Part shown: positions 1 through 9,990 of the stretch, piece by piece
Layout: every line of letters begins with the position of its first letter
How positions within the stretch are numbered: position 1 is the stretch's first letter
DNA from: Bacteroidota bacterium
GTDB lineage: Bacteria > Bacteroidota > Bacteroidia > AKYH767-A > 2013-40CM-41-45
Assembly: GCA_043787975.1 (NCBI GenBank)
Contig: JAYVUK010000016.1
Span: 351 to 64,350, forward strand
Length of the DNA stretch: 64,000 nucleotides
Direction of reading: 5' to 3'
Notes under the pieces: model-generated
Told to the model about the DNA's origin: nothing
The model's database searches: none
Seen by the model: only the letters and a program-made list of their open reading frames with translations
Program-made: the position numbers and the translations under genes

Positions 1-1286
1 CATCTGAAGGATTTGTCGGCATAGGAGTTACAAGATTATTCATATTTCCAAACATCAACCCACTACCTGTTCCATCATTGTGCGCAGTTATGCCTGGGGT
101 TTGTATTTCTAACGTATTGCCAGGAGATGCTATATTAATACCAACCTTTCCATCCGTTGTAGTAGTACCTGAACTTGTTTGAGTATGGATGTATAAATCT
201 CCTGATGATGTGGACATAAAGTCTACCCATGTTCCATACGCAACATTATTCTCGGGATTATAGGTTAATCGAAGTTGAGGAGCGGGGGTATTAAGTAGAT
301 TATTCAAATGTTCGTCATAAATTTCAAGGTGCCGATGTGGGTGCTTTCCTGAACCTCCGAAAACACCGGAAGAAAAGTTTCCTATACCCATTCTACCTAG
401 CGCTTCGAAACGCGCTACCTCCGAACCACACCATCCGCTTGCGCTTCCAAAACCGGCTCCGTAGGGTGCAGAAAAAATAAAGCGTAAATTATCAGGGCCT
501 CCTTGTTCAGTATCTGGTGTGATGCCATCTCCCCAGGCAATTACGGCATCATTTTTTTCTTGTAAAATCGGAGGATCGCATTGACCGGGAATAATGGGTT
601 GGTCACCACCTGATGTATCGCCTCCGGCAGGCATAATACCGAAAAACGCAAAATCCTGCTGACGCACACAAAAAGTACCTATGTTCATCCATGTTCTCCA
701 TCCGGCAAAATATCCGGGTAAAGAATAATTTTTTCCCAATTGCAAAATACTTCTGGGATTATCAATCGGACAAAAGCCATATTCGTTAATACCAACACCG
801 GTCCGTTGCGTTCCATCTATGAGGCGGGTAGTCATGGTCATCCTTGCTTCCTTATTTGTGTAAATCCAAAGAGGCGCATCTTCCTGCTGGACGATTTCAG
901 CCCGGTTATACCAATTAGATGGATCTATCGGATTCGCCAAATTGCGAAGTCCGATTTTGAATCCGTTAATGAATGAACTACCAGTAGCATCATTCGTAAA
1001 TAGATGCCAATTGTCCCCTTGAGAAGTAGGTTGATGTTGATGAAGTAATTCTCCCGGACTAAACAAATTATAATCTCCGATTCCTACGAAACCCCAATTA
1101 TTATCAATTGTCATTGACCGGCGACTCCCACTTTTAAAATTTACATTCACAGGGTTACTGCTACCCAAATAATCAGTTGACGATATTGCATTGAGTGCAA
1201 TCGAAGCCTGCCCTTGAGCAGAATGAAATTTTGCGCTGATGATTATCATTGTAATTGACAGCAACAATTGGATTTTAGTTTTCATG
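1..1286 (-). CDS. Partial (N-terminal 428 aa) secreted tail-fibre-like surface protein; C-terminus lies beyond the window start
   Basis: Open minus-strand frame from the window edge to an ATG at 1284-1286 (MKTKIQLLLSITMIIISAKFHSAQGQ signal peptide). Contains GKVGINIASPGNTLEIQ, the VGIxxxSPxxxLxI motif typical of tail-fibre/BclA-like proteins and also present in the 7469-9853 protein. Not in the ORF track because it is truncated. Confidence 0.6.
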
Positions 1287-1303
1287 ATATTTTATTTAAG
1301 TGG

Positions 1304-2140
1304 TTAGTGCTTATTTTTTACAAACTTTCCAGTTTGTAATATTTTTTTTTCAGTCTTTAATGTAAAAAAATATAACCCTGAACTTAATCCTGAATTCTCT
1401 AAATTATATTTTTTTGTTGCCCCATAAATTTCTATGATCTTGACTACTTGAACAGAAGAATTATAAATAACAAGTTCATAGTCTTGTATGTTGCTCGGAA
1501 AGTCAAACTCAAAATTAATTTCTTCAGTTGTTGGATTCGGATATACTTTCACAAAAGTTGATGATAGGGCATCCATTTCAATTGCATCGTCAGGCAAAGT
1601 GCCACATAAAGAATACACATCTTCTGTCAATAAATTTCCGGTCGTATCGGCTTTTAAAAGAAACAGTTTAGCGCCACTAGGTGAATTAATAATAGGTCTA
1701 ATATCATAAGAACCACTAAAGCAGCCAAAGCAATAGGGAGCAAGAGTACTGTCCCTCTCAAATAGGAGAGTGCCATCTTGTCTATACACATAAAAATTAT
1801 TGCTCGAATTCGATTGAGGCATAATTGCATATTCAAACATTGTCGTATCGCAATCAAATAATGATTTTGTAACATATGCAACTACATATTCCCCTGAATT
1901 AATTAATGGAATAGGAAGGCTTATTGTAATATAAGGAGTATGATTTAAATTGAATAGTTTCAACTCGTTGGTTGAATAATCTACATAAGCATATTTAAAA
2001 TCGTTGTTTCCCATATTAATCATTTGTAAAGGCCGGGACTGAGTCACACTACCTGGACCGGGATATGTATGCTCGTAGGTTATCTGGGCATTACTTTTAG
2101 AATTTATCAGAATTAACAGACCAATCACAATCCTTTTCAT
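1304..2140 (-). CDS. Secreted hypothetical protein with type-A T9SS C-terminal sorting domain
   Basis: Signal peptide MKRIVIGLLILINSKSNAQ. C-terminal ~80 aa (VYPNPTTEEINFEF...YELVIYNSSVQVV...SSGLYFFTLKTEKKILQTGKFVK) matches the T9SS CTD pattern. Confidence 0.8.
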   Translation of the reverse strand: MKRIVIGLLILINSKSNAQITYEHTYPGPGSVTQSRPLQMINMGNNDFKYAYVDYSTNELKLFNLNHTPYITISLPIPLINSGEYVVAYVTKSLFDCDTTMFEYAIMPQSNSSNNFYVYRQDGTLLFERDSTLAPYCFGCFSGSYDIRPIINSPSGAKLFLLKADTTGNLLTEDVYSLCGTLPDDAIEMDALSSTFVKVYPNPTTEEINFEFDFPSNIQDYELVIYNSSVQVVKIIEIYGATKKYNLENSGLSSGLYFFTLKTEKKILQTGKFVKNKH

Positions 2141-2162
2141 AGCAGTTTTTTTAGGTTAGATA

Positions 2163-2188
2163 AATAATTACCTCTAAAGGTAATTATT
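2163..2188. promoter_or_regulatory. Perfect 10-6-10 palindrome AATAATTACC-N6-GGTAATTATT just upstream of the start of the 1304-2140 gene
   Basis: Read directly from the sequence. Exact reverse-complement half-sites with a 6-bp spacer, positioned in the promoter region of a minus-strand gene. Operator-like. Confidence 0.3.
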
Positions 2189-2503
2189 AAAAGCAGATGT
2201 AGCCGCGAGAAGAAAAGCGCAGCTTACCTCACAATCCAGGCAGCGGGTATGATAGATTAAATGGTCTATTAAAAGGTTGGTAAATCAGAAATATGAAATC
2301 AGAAAAAAATGTGTCTATTCTGTTGCTGCAAGCATGCAGCTTCCCAAAACGTTGATGGGAACGAAAGATTATAATGATAGCAGTGAGAACCAGGCAAGCA
2401 AAACAAAAACAGGTAACGGAAAAACGTTGACTCATAGGTTCATTTGAAAAGGAATCCTCAAATGAACTAAAGAAGGAGTTGCAATTTTTTCATATTTGTA
2501 ACT

Positions 2504-2764
2504 TTATTTTAGCAACCTGTAAATGGTTGTTTTTACAACCCCGTTTTCTTTTGCTACCTGGGCAATAGATTTTTTTTCGTTCAGTGATTTCCTGACATTA
2601 TTTTCCCATAGGATTCTCCTTAATGTTACCAAAGAAATTTTTTCGCTGCCGAACAAAAAATATAATTCATTTATCTTTTCTTCCCCGAGAATTTCAATGA
2701 TGTGCTTGTATCTTTCTTTTCTACGATTTCTAAGAGTCGCCTTCTCCTGTGAAATAGCTGCCAT
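2504..2764 (-). CDS. Small (86 aa) basic protein with C-terminal helix-turn-helix (resolvase/transposase-HTH-like)
   Basis: C-terminal SIAQVAKENGVVKTTIYRLLK resembles HTH_7/resolvase-type HTH. It sits alone in a ~1.1-kb gene-poor stretch. Could be a recombinase remnant or a small regulator. Confidence 0.4.
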   Translation of the reverse strand: MAAISQEKATLRNRRKERYKHIIEILGEEKINELYFLFGSEKISLVTLRRILWENNVRKSLNEKKSIAQVAKENGVVKTTIYRLLK

Positions 2765-3250
2765 GTTTTTTTTGATTTAAAGAAGTTTATACATGTTCAG
2801 TCATTATTAACTGATTGTTGCGTTAATAAAAATTCTTATCCGACATTAAATCTTATATCCAACTGCACAAATTCGTTCTGCAATCACTGAAAAATTTTAC
2901 TCTGCTCAATAATCTCCTTACAGGCGGGGAGGTGGCTGAAGTACGCAGTTGATTAAGAACAAGCCCTGAAAAATATCGCTCTTCTTTTCAGCCGGAGAAT
3001 TAATTGAGTACCGCAAGTGTAAAAGAAAACTCTCCTCTTGTCAAGCGAATAACAAACTTTAATTACGAATAGGTATCGGTTCTACGAGAAAACACAGCAA
3101 GTTGAAATCACTACAACATGGAAAAATTATGAAACCTGACAGGAGAATTCCTACCTGTCAGGAGGTGAGCTCCCTAAAGTGTTACCTGTTTGGCCAATCA
3201 ACTATAACCATTGAAACATTTCTTTACTTTTACTATCAAATCTGAGCTGC

Positions 3251-6200
3251 ATGAAAAAGATATTTACGCTCCTGTTATTTTTTTCCTCCATCCAATTCTG
3301 TTCTGCTCAATTGCTGTTGAAGCCGGGAGATGTGACTGATTCTTCACTTCCACAATGGGTAAAACTCATGTATGCTGAAAACCCAAATGTATTGCTGGTT
3401 GAGAAAGCACATGATGAATATTACCAGATTCATCCGGAAATTGAAAATCAACACACGGCTTATTATAATCATTGGAGAAGATATATTCAACCGTATGTGC
3501 AGGATGATGGCTCCATTAAATTTCCAACGCAAGAAGAAAAAAGTAACCTGGCAGAACGCAGAAAGAGTAGCATTCAATCTTCTTCTTTAAAGACACTCTC
3601 ACAATGGAATTTTGTCGGACCGGAAAAAAATTTTCGTGCGCGTTATGCTGCCGGCGATCCCGTAGCACAGATTTCATGGCATGCCAATGTGTATTGCATC
3701 GACCAAAGCATAAGCAATCCCAATACACTTTATTGCGGAGGAGAAAATGGCGGTGTTTACAAAAGCACTGACAAAGGTTCAACATGGAATTATGTTTCCT
3801 TAAATGAAAACATGACAACGGTTAGTTCCATTGCCATAAATCCTGTTGATGAAAATGATGTGCTTGTAAACTCTGACCAGCAAACGTATCGCAGCACAAC
3901 CGGTGGTGCAACATGGAGTGTTCCGAATGTTCAATTGAATAATCTTACGGTGTACCAGTTTATGCACAATCCTGTCAACACACAAATGGTGTATGCAGGA
4001 ACTGACAATGGTTTGAAGCGTTCGTTGGACGGAGGAAATACCTGGAATACAATTTTCACAGGCGAATGTCAATCGGTAGCTGTTCAACCCGGACATCCAA
4101 ACGTAGTGTTTGCATTGCGTTATGATGCCATTTCAAAAATTTCATATTTCTATAAATCGCTCGACAGCGGTGCGACATTCACCATCAAACCAACCGGTTG
4201 GTTTACTGTTCCGGTTGTTGACAACGGGTTAATTCAAAGTTACGGTGGACGTATTGCAATCACGGAAGCTGATCCAAATCGTGTGTACGTATTACTTGTT
4301 GGTGAAAGCCAGTCAACGGCTGTGTTACAACTCAACGGACAAATTGGTGTGTATCGAAGCGATGATGGCGGTGAAACGTGGAGTAATCCGCATGTATTGA
4401 TTGGTACACCGTACGATGCAACCACGCATCCGAACATGATGACGTTTGCCGGGGATAACAATACGTACAATCAAATCTATTACAACACCGCGCTCATCGT
4501 TTCACAATTAAATGCGGACCGGATTATTGTCGGCGGAATGAGCATGTGGAGAAGTGATGATGCGGGAGCTACGTTCCAGCCGGTCGGAGGTTATGTAGGA
4601 AATGTCGCAAATATTCATCCCGACAACCAGGAATTAAAAATATATAAAACCTCACCGACAACAGAAGAATTATGGTGGTCTTCTGACGGAGGAATAAATT
4701 ACTCAACGGATTTTGTTGCCACACAGGAATCGCGCACGAATGGAATTTACGGAACTGCATTCTGGGGATTTGACCAGGGCTGGAACGATGACATCCTGGT
4801 TGGCGGACGTTATCACAACGGCAATTCAGCTCGCAGAGATGGTTATCCCATCGGAGAGTTTCAGCAATTGGGCGGTGGAGAAGCCGCAACGGGTTATGTG
4901 AATTACAGCAACGAAAAGAAAACATATTACAGCGACATCGACGGAGTTGTTTTGCCGGATACACTAAACGGAGTGGCAGGAAGGTTTCCAATTAGCACGG
5001 ATCCGAATGAGAGTTATGTTGACAATTCAAGTTCACGTATGCTTTTCGATTGGGATTACTGGAATGTTTGTTACCTCGGTAAAGACAATATGATTTACAA
5101 AAGCACCAACGGAGGAAGTTCGTTCGGTGAATTTTTTACATTCGGAACCGTTGCAGCAGATAAAATTTACTGGATTGAACAAAGCCGTTCCAATACCAAC
5201 GTGCTGTATGCTCAGCAAGTGGTGAGCAACATCAGCAAGCTTTGGAAAACATCGGATCGCGGGATTACGTGGAATCAAATTCCATTGCCGCAAAATAAAC
5301 GTGAGCTCAACTTTACATTGAGTGCAACCCATGCCGGTGAATTGTGGATCAGCTATCCACATGGAGCCGACGGAAGCAAAGTCTATCACACCATCAACAG
5401 CGGAACAAACTGGACGAACACAACCACAACAACGTTGAATGGTTTTCAGATTAAAGCGATGTGTCATCAGTATGGAACAGATGGCGGAGTTTATCTCGGC
5501 ACCTATCACGGTCCGATCTTCTACCGTAACAATACCTTGAGCGACTGGCAGGTTGTTGGAACAAATCTTCCCTTTATTTCTTATCCGCTACGGCTGGTTC
5601 CTTTTTACCGTGATAATAAATTACGGTTGGCAACCTGGCATCTGGGCATCTGGGAAAACCAGTTGGTTGAACCGTCGAATTTGATTGTAGATTTTTCTGC
5701 AAACTTCGAGTCCTTCTATTGTCCCGGAGATACCATTAGATTTGTGCCACATTGCGTGGCTTCATCGAATGCAACGTATCAATGGAGTTTTCCGGGAGCA
5801 AGCCCTTTAACATCGACACTCATGTATCCGAATGTTGTTTATACCACGGCAGGGAATTTTGATGTCTCATTAATTGTAACTGATAACGGAGTAAGTGACA
5901 GCATCACCAAAACAAATTTTATCAGGACCATTCACAATGGTGTGTTGCCTTTGCTGGAAACTTTTGAAACAGGAAGTTTTAACACCGATTGGAAATTGCA
6001 AGGCACCGGAACGACTGCAAGCAACTGGAATGTTACCAATGTTGCCGGAGGATTCGGAGCAAGTACGTACTGTATGCAGTACGATAATTATAATTACGAT
6101 GCACAGGGCGCTCACGACGCAGTATGGACGGCAAAATATGATTTTACCAATGTGCAAACTGCAAAATTTTTTTTTGATGTTGCCTATACTCCTTACGGCG

Positions 6201-6742
6201 GACAATACAGCGACACCTTGGAAGTGCGTGCCTCCACCGATTGCGGAGCAACGTTTACATCGTTGTATTTAAAAGGAGGAGTGAATTTATCAACGGCTCC
6301 TCAGTTCAGTTCCGGAGCCTTTGTTCCGACATCATCACAGTGGAGAACCGATACCATTGATGTAACTTCATTGTCTGGCAACAGTGAAGTATTGTTTTCA
6401 TTTGAGAACATCGGCCGATACGGACAAATATTGTATGTCGACAATATTAACCTGGATGCTGTGATTAATTCCGTTCATGAACTTGAAAATAATTTTGAAT
6501 TTTCTGTGTATCCGAATCCGGTGAAAGACGATCTCAACCTCTCATTTTCCAAAGAAGATGCAAATGCTACAATTGAAATTGAAATTTTTAATGTTCTTGG
6601 AAATGAGATTTTCAAAAAGCAAATTGAACGCCCCGGAATTAACTTTCACCTTCCAACCGCTGATTTTTCAGCGGGATTTTATTTTATAAAAATTTCTTCA
6701 GGGAAGAGAAAAGGAATTGCGCGGTTCAATAAAATAAATTAA
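3251..6742 (+). CDS. Secreted BNR/Asp-box repeat protein with PKD domain, MAM/lectin-like jelly-roll and T9SS C-terminal sorting domain
   Basis: Signal peptide. At least 9 S-x-D-x-G-x-T-W Asp-box motifs (STDKGSTWN, STTGGATWS, SLDGGNTWN, SDDGGETWS, TSDRGITWN and others). PKD-like segment (IRFVPHCVASSNATYQWSFPGASP...FDVSLIVTDNGVSDSITK). C-terminal FEFSVYPNPVKDDLNLSF...EIEIFNVLGNEIF...GFYFIKISSGKRKGIARFNKIN is a T9SS CTD. Confidence 0.85.
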   Translation: MKKIFTLLLFFSSIQFCSAQLLLKPGDVTDSSLPQWVKLMYAENPNVLLVEKAHDEYYQIHPEIENQHTAYYNHWRRYIQPYVQDDGSIKFPTQEEKSNLAERRKSSIQSSSLKTLSQWNFVGPEKNFRARYAAGDPVAQISWHANVYCIDQSISNPNTLYCGGENGGVYKSTDKGSTWNYVSLNENMTTVSSIAINPVDENDVLVNSDQQTYRSTTGGATWSVPNVQLNNLTVYQFMHNPVNTQMVYAGTDNGLKRSLDGGNTWNTIFTGECQSVAVQPGHPNVVFALRYDAISKISYFYKSLDSGATFTIKPTGWFTVPVVDNGLIQSYGGRIAITEADPNRVYVLLVGESQSTAVLQLNGQIGVYRSDDGGETWSNPHVLIGTPYDATTHPNMMTFAGDNNTYNQIYYNTALIVSQLNADRIIVGGMSMWRSDDAGATFQPVGGYVGNVANIHPDNQELKIYKTSPTTEELWWSSDGGINYSTDFVATQESRTNGIYGTAFWGFDQGWNDDILVGGRYHNGNSARRDGYPIGEFQQLGGGEAATGYVNYSNEKKTYYSDIDGVVLPDTLNGVAGRFPISTDPNESYVDNSSSRMLFDWDYWNVCYLGKDNMIYKSTNGGSSFGEFFTFGTVAADKIYWIEQSRSNTNVLYAQQVVSNISKLWKTSDRGITWNQIPLPQNKRELNFTLSATHAGELWISYPHGADGSKVYHTINSGTNWTNTTTTTLNGFQIKAMCHQYGTDGGVYLGTYHGPIFYRNNTLSDWQVVGTNLPFISYPLRLVPFYRDNKLRLATWHLGIWENQLVEPSNLIVDFSANFESFYCPGDTIRFVPHCVASSNATYQWSFPGASPLTSTLMYPNVVYTTAGNFDVSLIVTDNGVSDSITKTNFIRTIHNGVLPLLETFETGSFNTDWKLQGTGTTASNWNVTNVAGGFGASTYCMQYDNYNYDAQGAHDAVWTAKYDFTNVQTAKFFFDVAYTPYGGQYSDTLEVRASTDCGATFTSLYLKGGVNLSTAPQFSSGAFVPTSSQWRTDTIDVTSLSGNSEVLFSFENIGRYGQILYVDNINLDAVINSVHELENNFEFSVYPNPVKDDLNLSFSKEDANATIEIEIFNVLGNEIFKKQIERPGINFHLPTADFSAGFYFIKISSGKRKGIARFNKIN

Positions 6743-6787
6743 GAAATTTTCTTTTCATCTTTTAAAAAATAAATGTCATCTACATGT

Positions 6788-6822
6788 CTTGTTCTCTCCT
6801 AAGAACACGAAGAATTTTTTCC
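6788..6822 (+). terminator. Putative rho-independent terminator downstream of the 3251-6742 gene
   Basis: Imperfect hairpin TCTTGTTCT-CTCCTA-AGAACACGAAGA followed by ATTTTTT. Confidence 0.35.
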
Positions 6823-6877
6823 AGAAAAAATTTTCAGTCCGGATAAATAGCCGAACGAAGATATTCAATTCGTAAAC

Positions 6878-7447
6878 TTAAGGACTTGTAAAATCAAAGC
6901 TTGCAATTGCATCATTGAATCTGACAGGGTTTTTGCTCCATGTTTCAATCGAATTACGCTGGCGGATAACAATGTAATACGAGTTACTCAAAACAGATGT
7001 CGGGAATCTCACATCCGCACTTCCACTGGTGTGAAGCAACACATTCACCGAAGTAAAAGTTGAATAGGGAGATGTTGCATTGTGCAACTCAACCGTTATT
7101 GAATCACAGGCCGTTGGGCTGGCGTTCAGACTATCATTGAATAACACCGGCTGCATTTGTCTATTCCCCAGATAAAATCCTTCAATAAATACTTTGAGAT
7201 TTATAATCTTAAGAAAAATATATGGTTGCTGATTTCCCTGTGTCAACATTTTTGTTCCACTTATCAAACTAGTATTGCATGGTTCTCCCATCGTCCAGGA
7301 AAGCGATTTGCCACCGGCTGAAAAATATCCTCCGCAGGAAGAAGTTGTTTTTGGACTGAGTATTTGGGAGTAGCAGTTGGGAGCAGCAGTAAGGAGAAGG
7401 AAGCAGATTTTTATTATTATTTTAATTGATTGGCTGAATTTTTTCAT
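6878..7447 (-). CDS. Secreted 189-aa protein consisting of a ~110-aa domain that is also present near the C-terminus of the giant 52262-62104 protein
   Basis: Signal peptide MKKFSQSIKIIIKICFLLLTA. Segment LKVFIEGFYLG...CDSITVELHNATSP...YYIVIRQRNSIETWSKNPV aligns with VNVKAYFEGYY...CDTVIVELHAATGAP...YYIAVRHRSAIWTWSTNPV of the giant protein. Confidence 0.75.
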   Translation of the reverse strand: MKKFSQSIKIIIKICFLLLTAAPNCYSQILSPKTTSSCGGYFSAGGKSLSWTMGEPCNTSLISGTKMLTQGNQQPYIFLKIINLKVFIEGFYLGNRQMQPVLFNDSLNASPTACDSITVELHNATSPYSTFTSVNVLLHTSGSADVRFPTSVLSNSYYIVIRQRNSIETWSKNPVRFNDAIASFDFTSP

Positions 7448-7468
7448 CGAACTAGTTTTGGGTGGTGA

Positions 7469-9853
7469 TTATTTTTCTGCTTTTACTTCCATACCCAACT
7501 GTGCTTTTATTTTTTCAATATCAGTTTTGAAAGCGGAATTATCTGTCTTCAGGTTTTCGTTCTCATTCTTAATTTCAGCAATCATTTTTTTCTGCTCTTC
7601 AATAATTGCTTGCTGCTCCTGCATAGCTTTTATCATCGGCATAATAAAATCTACATAGCGGAGAGAATAAACTTCTTTGTCATTCCTGGGAACATCAATA
7701 CCGGGAAAATCAAAACCACTTTCATGGGCTGCTTTCTCTACGTCCTGCGCAAGCAATCCAATGAAACGTTGCTGTTCAATCTGGCTGTGATCAATTTTAT
7801 TTACGACAGAATCCGGGGTTCCCCAAATGCGGTGTAGTTCTTTCGGACGCATGTTATACGTGACCGGCTTTAACCGCATGATAAAATTCAATCCCTTTAC
7901 ATCTTCCGCAATATTTGTTTTAAAGCGCGCATCACTATAGGATGTGATACCGGTTACCTGGGCGCGTATTTGCGAAACAGAAGTATTGCCGAGCAGCACC
8001 TGGTTGTCTCCCGTACATTGAGCATTGGCTACGCTATAACCCACCATCGTTACATTGGTACGGAAAGTAGAAAGCGATGAACTTCCACCGAGAAAAGTGC
8101 AAAAGTTAAAATTTACCCCGGCTGACCCAAGACCGGCAGAGTAACCAATCGCAGTATTCCCCAGGCCTCCCGGAGGTAGTTTAAGTGCGTTATATCCCAC
8201 GGCTGTGTTGGTAGTCCCTGTCGTGTTTGTAAAAAGCGCAGAGGTTCCACAAGCGGTATTTTCCAAACCAAGCGTGTTGTTTCTAAGCGCCCTGCTACCC
8301 ATGGCAGTATTTTCAATTCCTTCAATACCAGCTGTGCGTTGGTTTGAATAAAGAGCCTCAAAACCGATCGCAGTATTTTCGTATCCCGTGTTGTTTGTAA
8401 ACAACGCGGAGTGCCCAACGGCAGTGTTGTGAATTCCATTGGTAACAGCATCTGGAGCGTTTGCATTCAATGCAAAATGGCCAACTGCTACATTGCCGCT
8501 TACCCATGTTACACCACCGTTTGAAAAAGCCTGGTTAAATAATGAGTAACTACCTATGGATGTGTTTTCGCTTGCAGTCGTATTGCGGTAAAGTGCATCG
8601 TATCCATTGGCCGTGTTGTCGTACCCTGTTGTATTGAGACTCAACGCCTCATTTCCGATACCTGTGTTCTCGTATCCGGCAGTATTTGCACCAAGTGCAA
8701 GCAATCCAACACCGGTATTAAAACTTCCGGAAGTATTTAAGTAAAGTGTATATGCTCCGATGCCGGTATTCTGACTACCTGTGTTGTTGGCAGAAAGTGC
8801 CAGTCTTCCGTTTGCAGTGTTGTAGTTTCCTGTGGTATTCAAATAAAGCGCATTTGCCCCGACGGCTGTATTTTGATATCCTGTGCTGTTGGAACGCAGG
8901 GCGGAGGTTCCTATAGCCGTGTTATTGACGCCACTCGTACCGCTGGTCGGTTGATTTGAATAAAGTGCCTCGTAACCAACAGCCACGTTATAGCTTTGCC
9001 AAAATGCCCCGGCAGACGGACTAAAAGACTGAGTATACAAAGCGTTTGTTCCAATCGCAACATTATTACTTGCTTTCGCATTTGAATAGAGTGCGTTTAT
9101 CCCTATACTTATATTATCTCTTCCATTCGTGTTTGAATAGCCGGCATTGTTTCCAAAAAAAAGGTTGTTAACTCCCTGTGGACCTACCACATTCGACCTT
9201 CCGGCATTCCGTCCGATAAAAGAATTCGTTGAATCATCCGAATGAATCCACATCAAATCAGTCCCATCACTCTTACGCAATTTAATGAGCGGGTTGGTAT
9301 TGCTTTGCGAACTGTTAGCATCTACAATAAATTGAGACGCATTTGCAGAACCCTTGATATGAAGTTTTCCGAGAGGTGAACCAGCGTTGATTCCTACGTT
9401 ACCTGAATTTGCATTATTAATATCGTTGCCATTTGTTGTCCATTGAGAGTTTTGGCTCGCTCCGGAAAAGAGTGCATACGGAACACTCATCATTTGTTGT
9501 GTTCCCATATCCACATATGCGACACCTCCTGTCGCATCCATTTCTACCTGGATAAACTTTGCATTGGTTGCCCAAGCGATGGAAGCAAACGTTCCTATGA
9601 TCGGAGTTCCCTGGCCGACGTTTACACTAAATAGACCCAGCGAATTCGTAATGATACTCTGTGTTTCTTTATAAACAACAGTTCCGCCGGATGTTGCATC
9701 GTGAATGCTGAAACGCAATGAGATGTTTTGGTTCGCAATAACATCACCATTGTTATCACGGGCTACCGCCTGGTAAGGTATGGCCTGGGGGGGTTGCGCA
9801 AATGAATATGCTGTATACAAAAGGCAGCATACAATGTAAATATGTTTTTTCAT
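7469..9853 (-). CDS. Tail-fibre-like surface protein: signal peptide, Hep_Hag/YadA-head-like NTA-x-G-xxAL repeats, VGIN motif, C-terminal peptidase-S74 intramolecular chaperone domain and terminal coiled coil
   Basis: Start placed at the internal Met (MKKHIYIVCCLLYTAYSFAQ, coordinate 9853) because of the signal peptide. Many repeats of NTAIGTSAL, NTAVGANAL, NTGIGAYTL, NTANGYDAL. SDARFKTNIAEDVKGLNFIMRLKPVTYNM matches the start of the S74 auto-cleaving chaperone of endosialidases and phage tail fibres. C-terminal heptad-rich EEQKKMIAEIKNENENLKTD. Confidence 0.8.
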   Translation of the reverse strand: MKKHIYIVCCLLYTAYSFAQPPQAIPYQAVARDNNGDVIANQNISLRFSIHDATSGGTVVYKETQSIITNSLGLFSVNVGQGTPIIGTFASIAWATNAKFIQVEMDATGGVAYVDMGTQQMMSVPYALFSGASQNSQWTTNGNDINNANSGNVGINAGSPLGKLHIKGSANASQFIVDANSSQSNTNPLIKLRKSDGTDLMWIHSDDSTNSFIGRNAGRSNVVGPQGVNNLFFGNNAGYSNTNGRDNISIGINALYSNAKASNNVAIGTNALYTQSFSPSAGAFWQSYNVAVGYEALYSNQPTSGTSGVNNTAIGTSALRSNSTGYQNTAVGANALYLNTTGNYNTANGRLALSANNTGSQNTGIGAYTLYLNTSGSFNTGVGLLALGANTAGYENTGIGNEALSLNTTGYDNTANGYDALYRNTTASENTSIGSYSLFNQAFSNGGVTWVSGNVAVGHFALNANAPDAVTNGIHNTAVGHSALFTNNTGYENTAIGFEALYSNQRTAGIEGIENTAMGSRALRNNTLGLENTACGTSALFTNTTGTTNTAVGYNALKLPPGGLGNTAIGYSAGLGSAGVNFNFCTFLGGSSSLSTFRTNVTMVGYSVANAQCTGDNQVLLGNTSVSQIRAQVTGITSYSDARFKTNIAEDVKGLNFIMRLKPVTYNMRPKELHRIWGTPDSVVNKIDHSQIEQQRFIGLLAQDVEKAAHESGFDFPGIDVPRNDKEVYSLRYVDFIMPMIKAMQEQQAIIEEQKKMIAEIKNENENLKTDNSAFKTDIEKIKAQLGMEVKAEK

Positions 9854-9990
9854 GACGGGATATATTTCTTGATGTAATTTTCCGAAAAATACCAGCGTCA
9901 TGAAATAGCATGATGGTGTTAACACTAAAATGTCACGACCAATCTCAAATTATATCCTCGGAAATTTTAAGGAGCGTGAATAATCACGTA

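Noticed and set aside
740-976. 78-aa plus-strand ORF
   Set aside because: It lies entirely inside, and antisense to, the truncated tail-fibre-like gene 1-1286.
2229-2435. 68-aa minus-strand ORF in the gene-poor stretch
   Set aside because: Low-complexity, no RBS or promoter context, and not conserved-looking. Treated as non-coding.
2504-2764. Calling this an intact insertion sequence
   Set aside because: There is only an 86-aa HTH fragment, with no DDE or serine-recombinase catalytic domain and no terminal inverted repeats that I could find.
7469-9925. Longer version of the tail-fibre gene starting at MLTPSCYF (9925)
   Set aside because: The internal Met at 9853 gives a canonical signal peptide (MKKHIYIVCCLLYTAYSFAQ), so the 24-codon extension is probably not translated.
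1-9925. Prophage hypothesis based on tail-fibre/S74 chaperone proteins
   Set aside because: There are no capsid, portal, terminase, integrase or baseplate genes anywhere in the window. The proteins carry Sec signal peptides, so they are cellular surface fibres.
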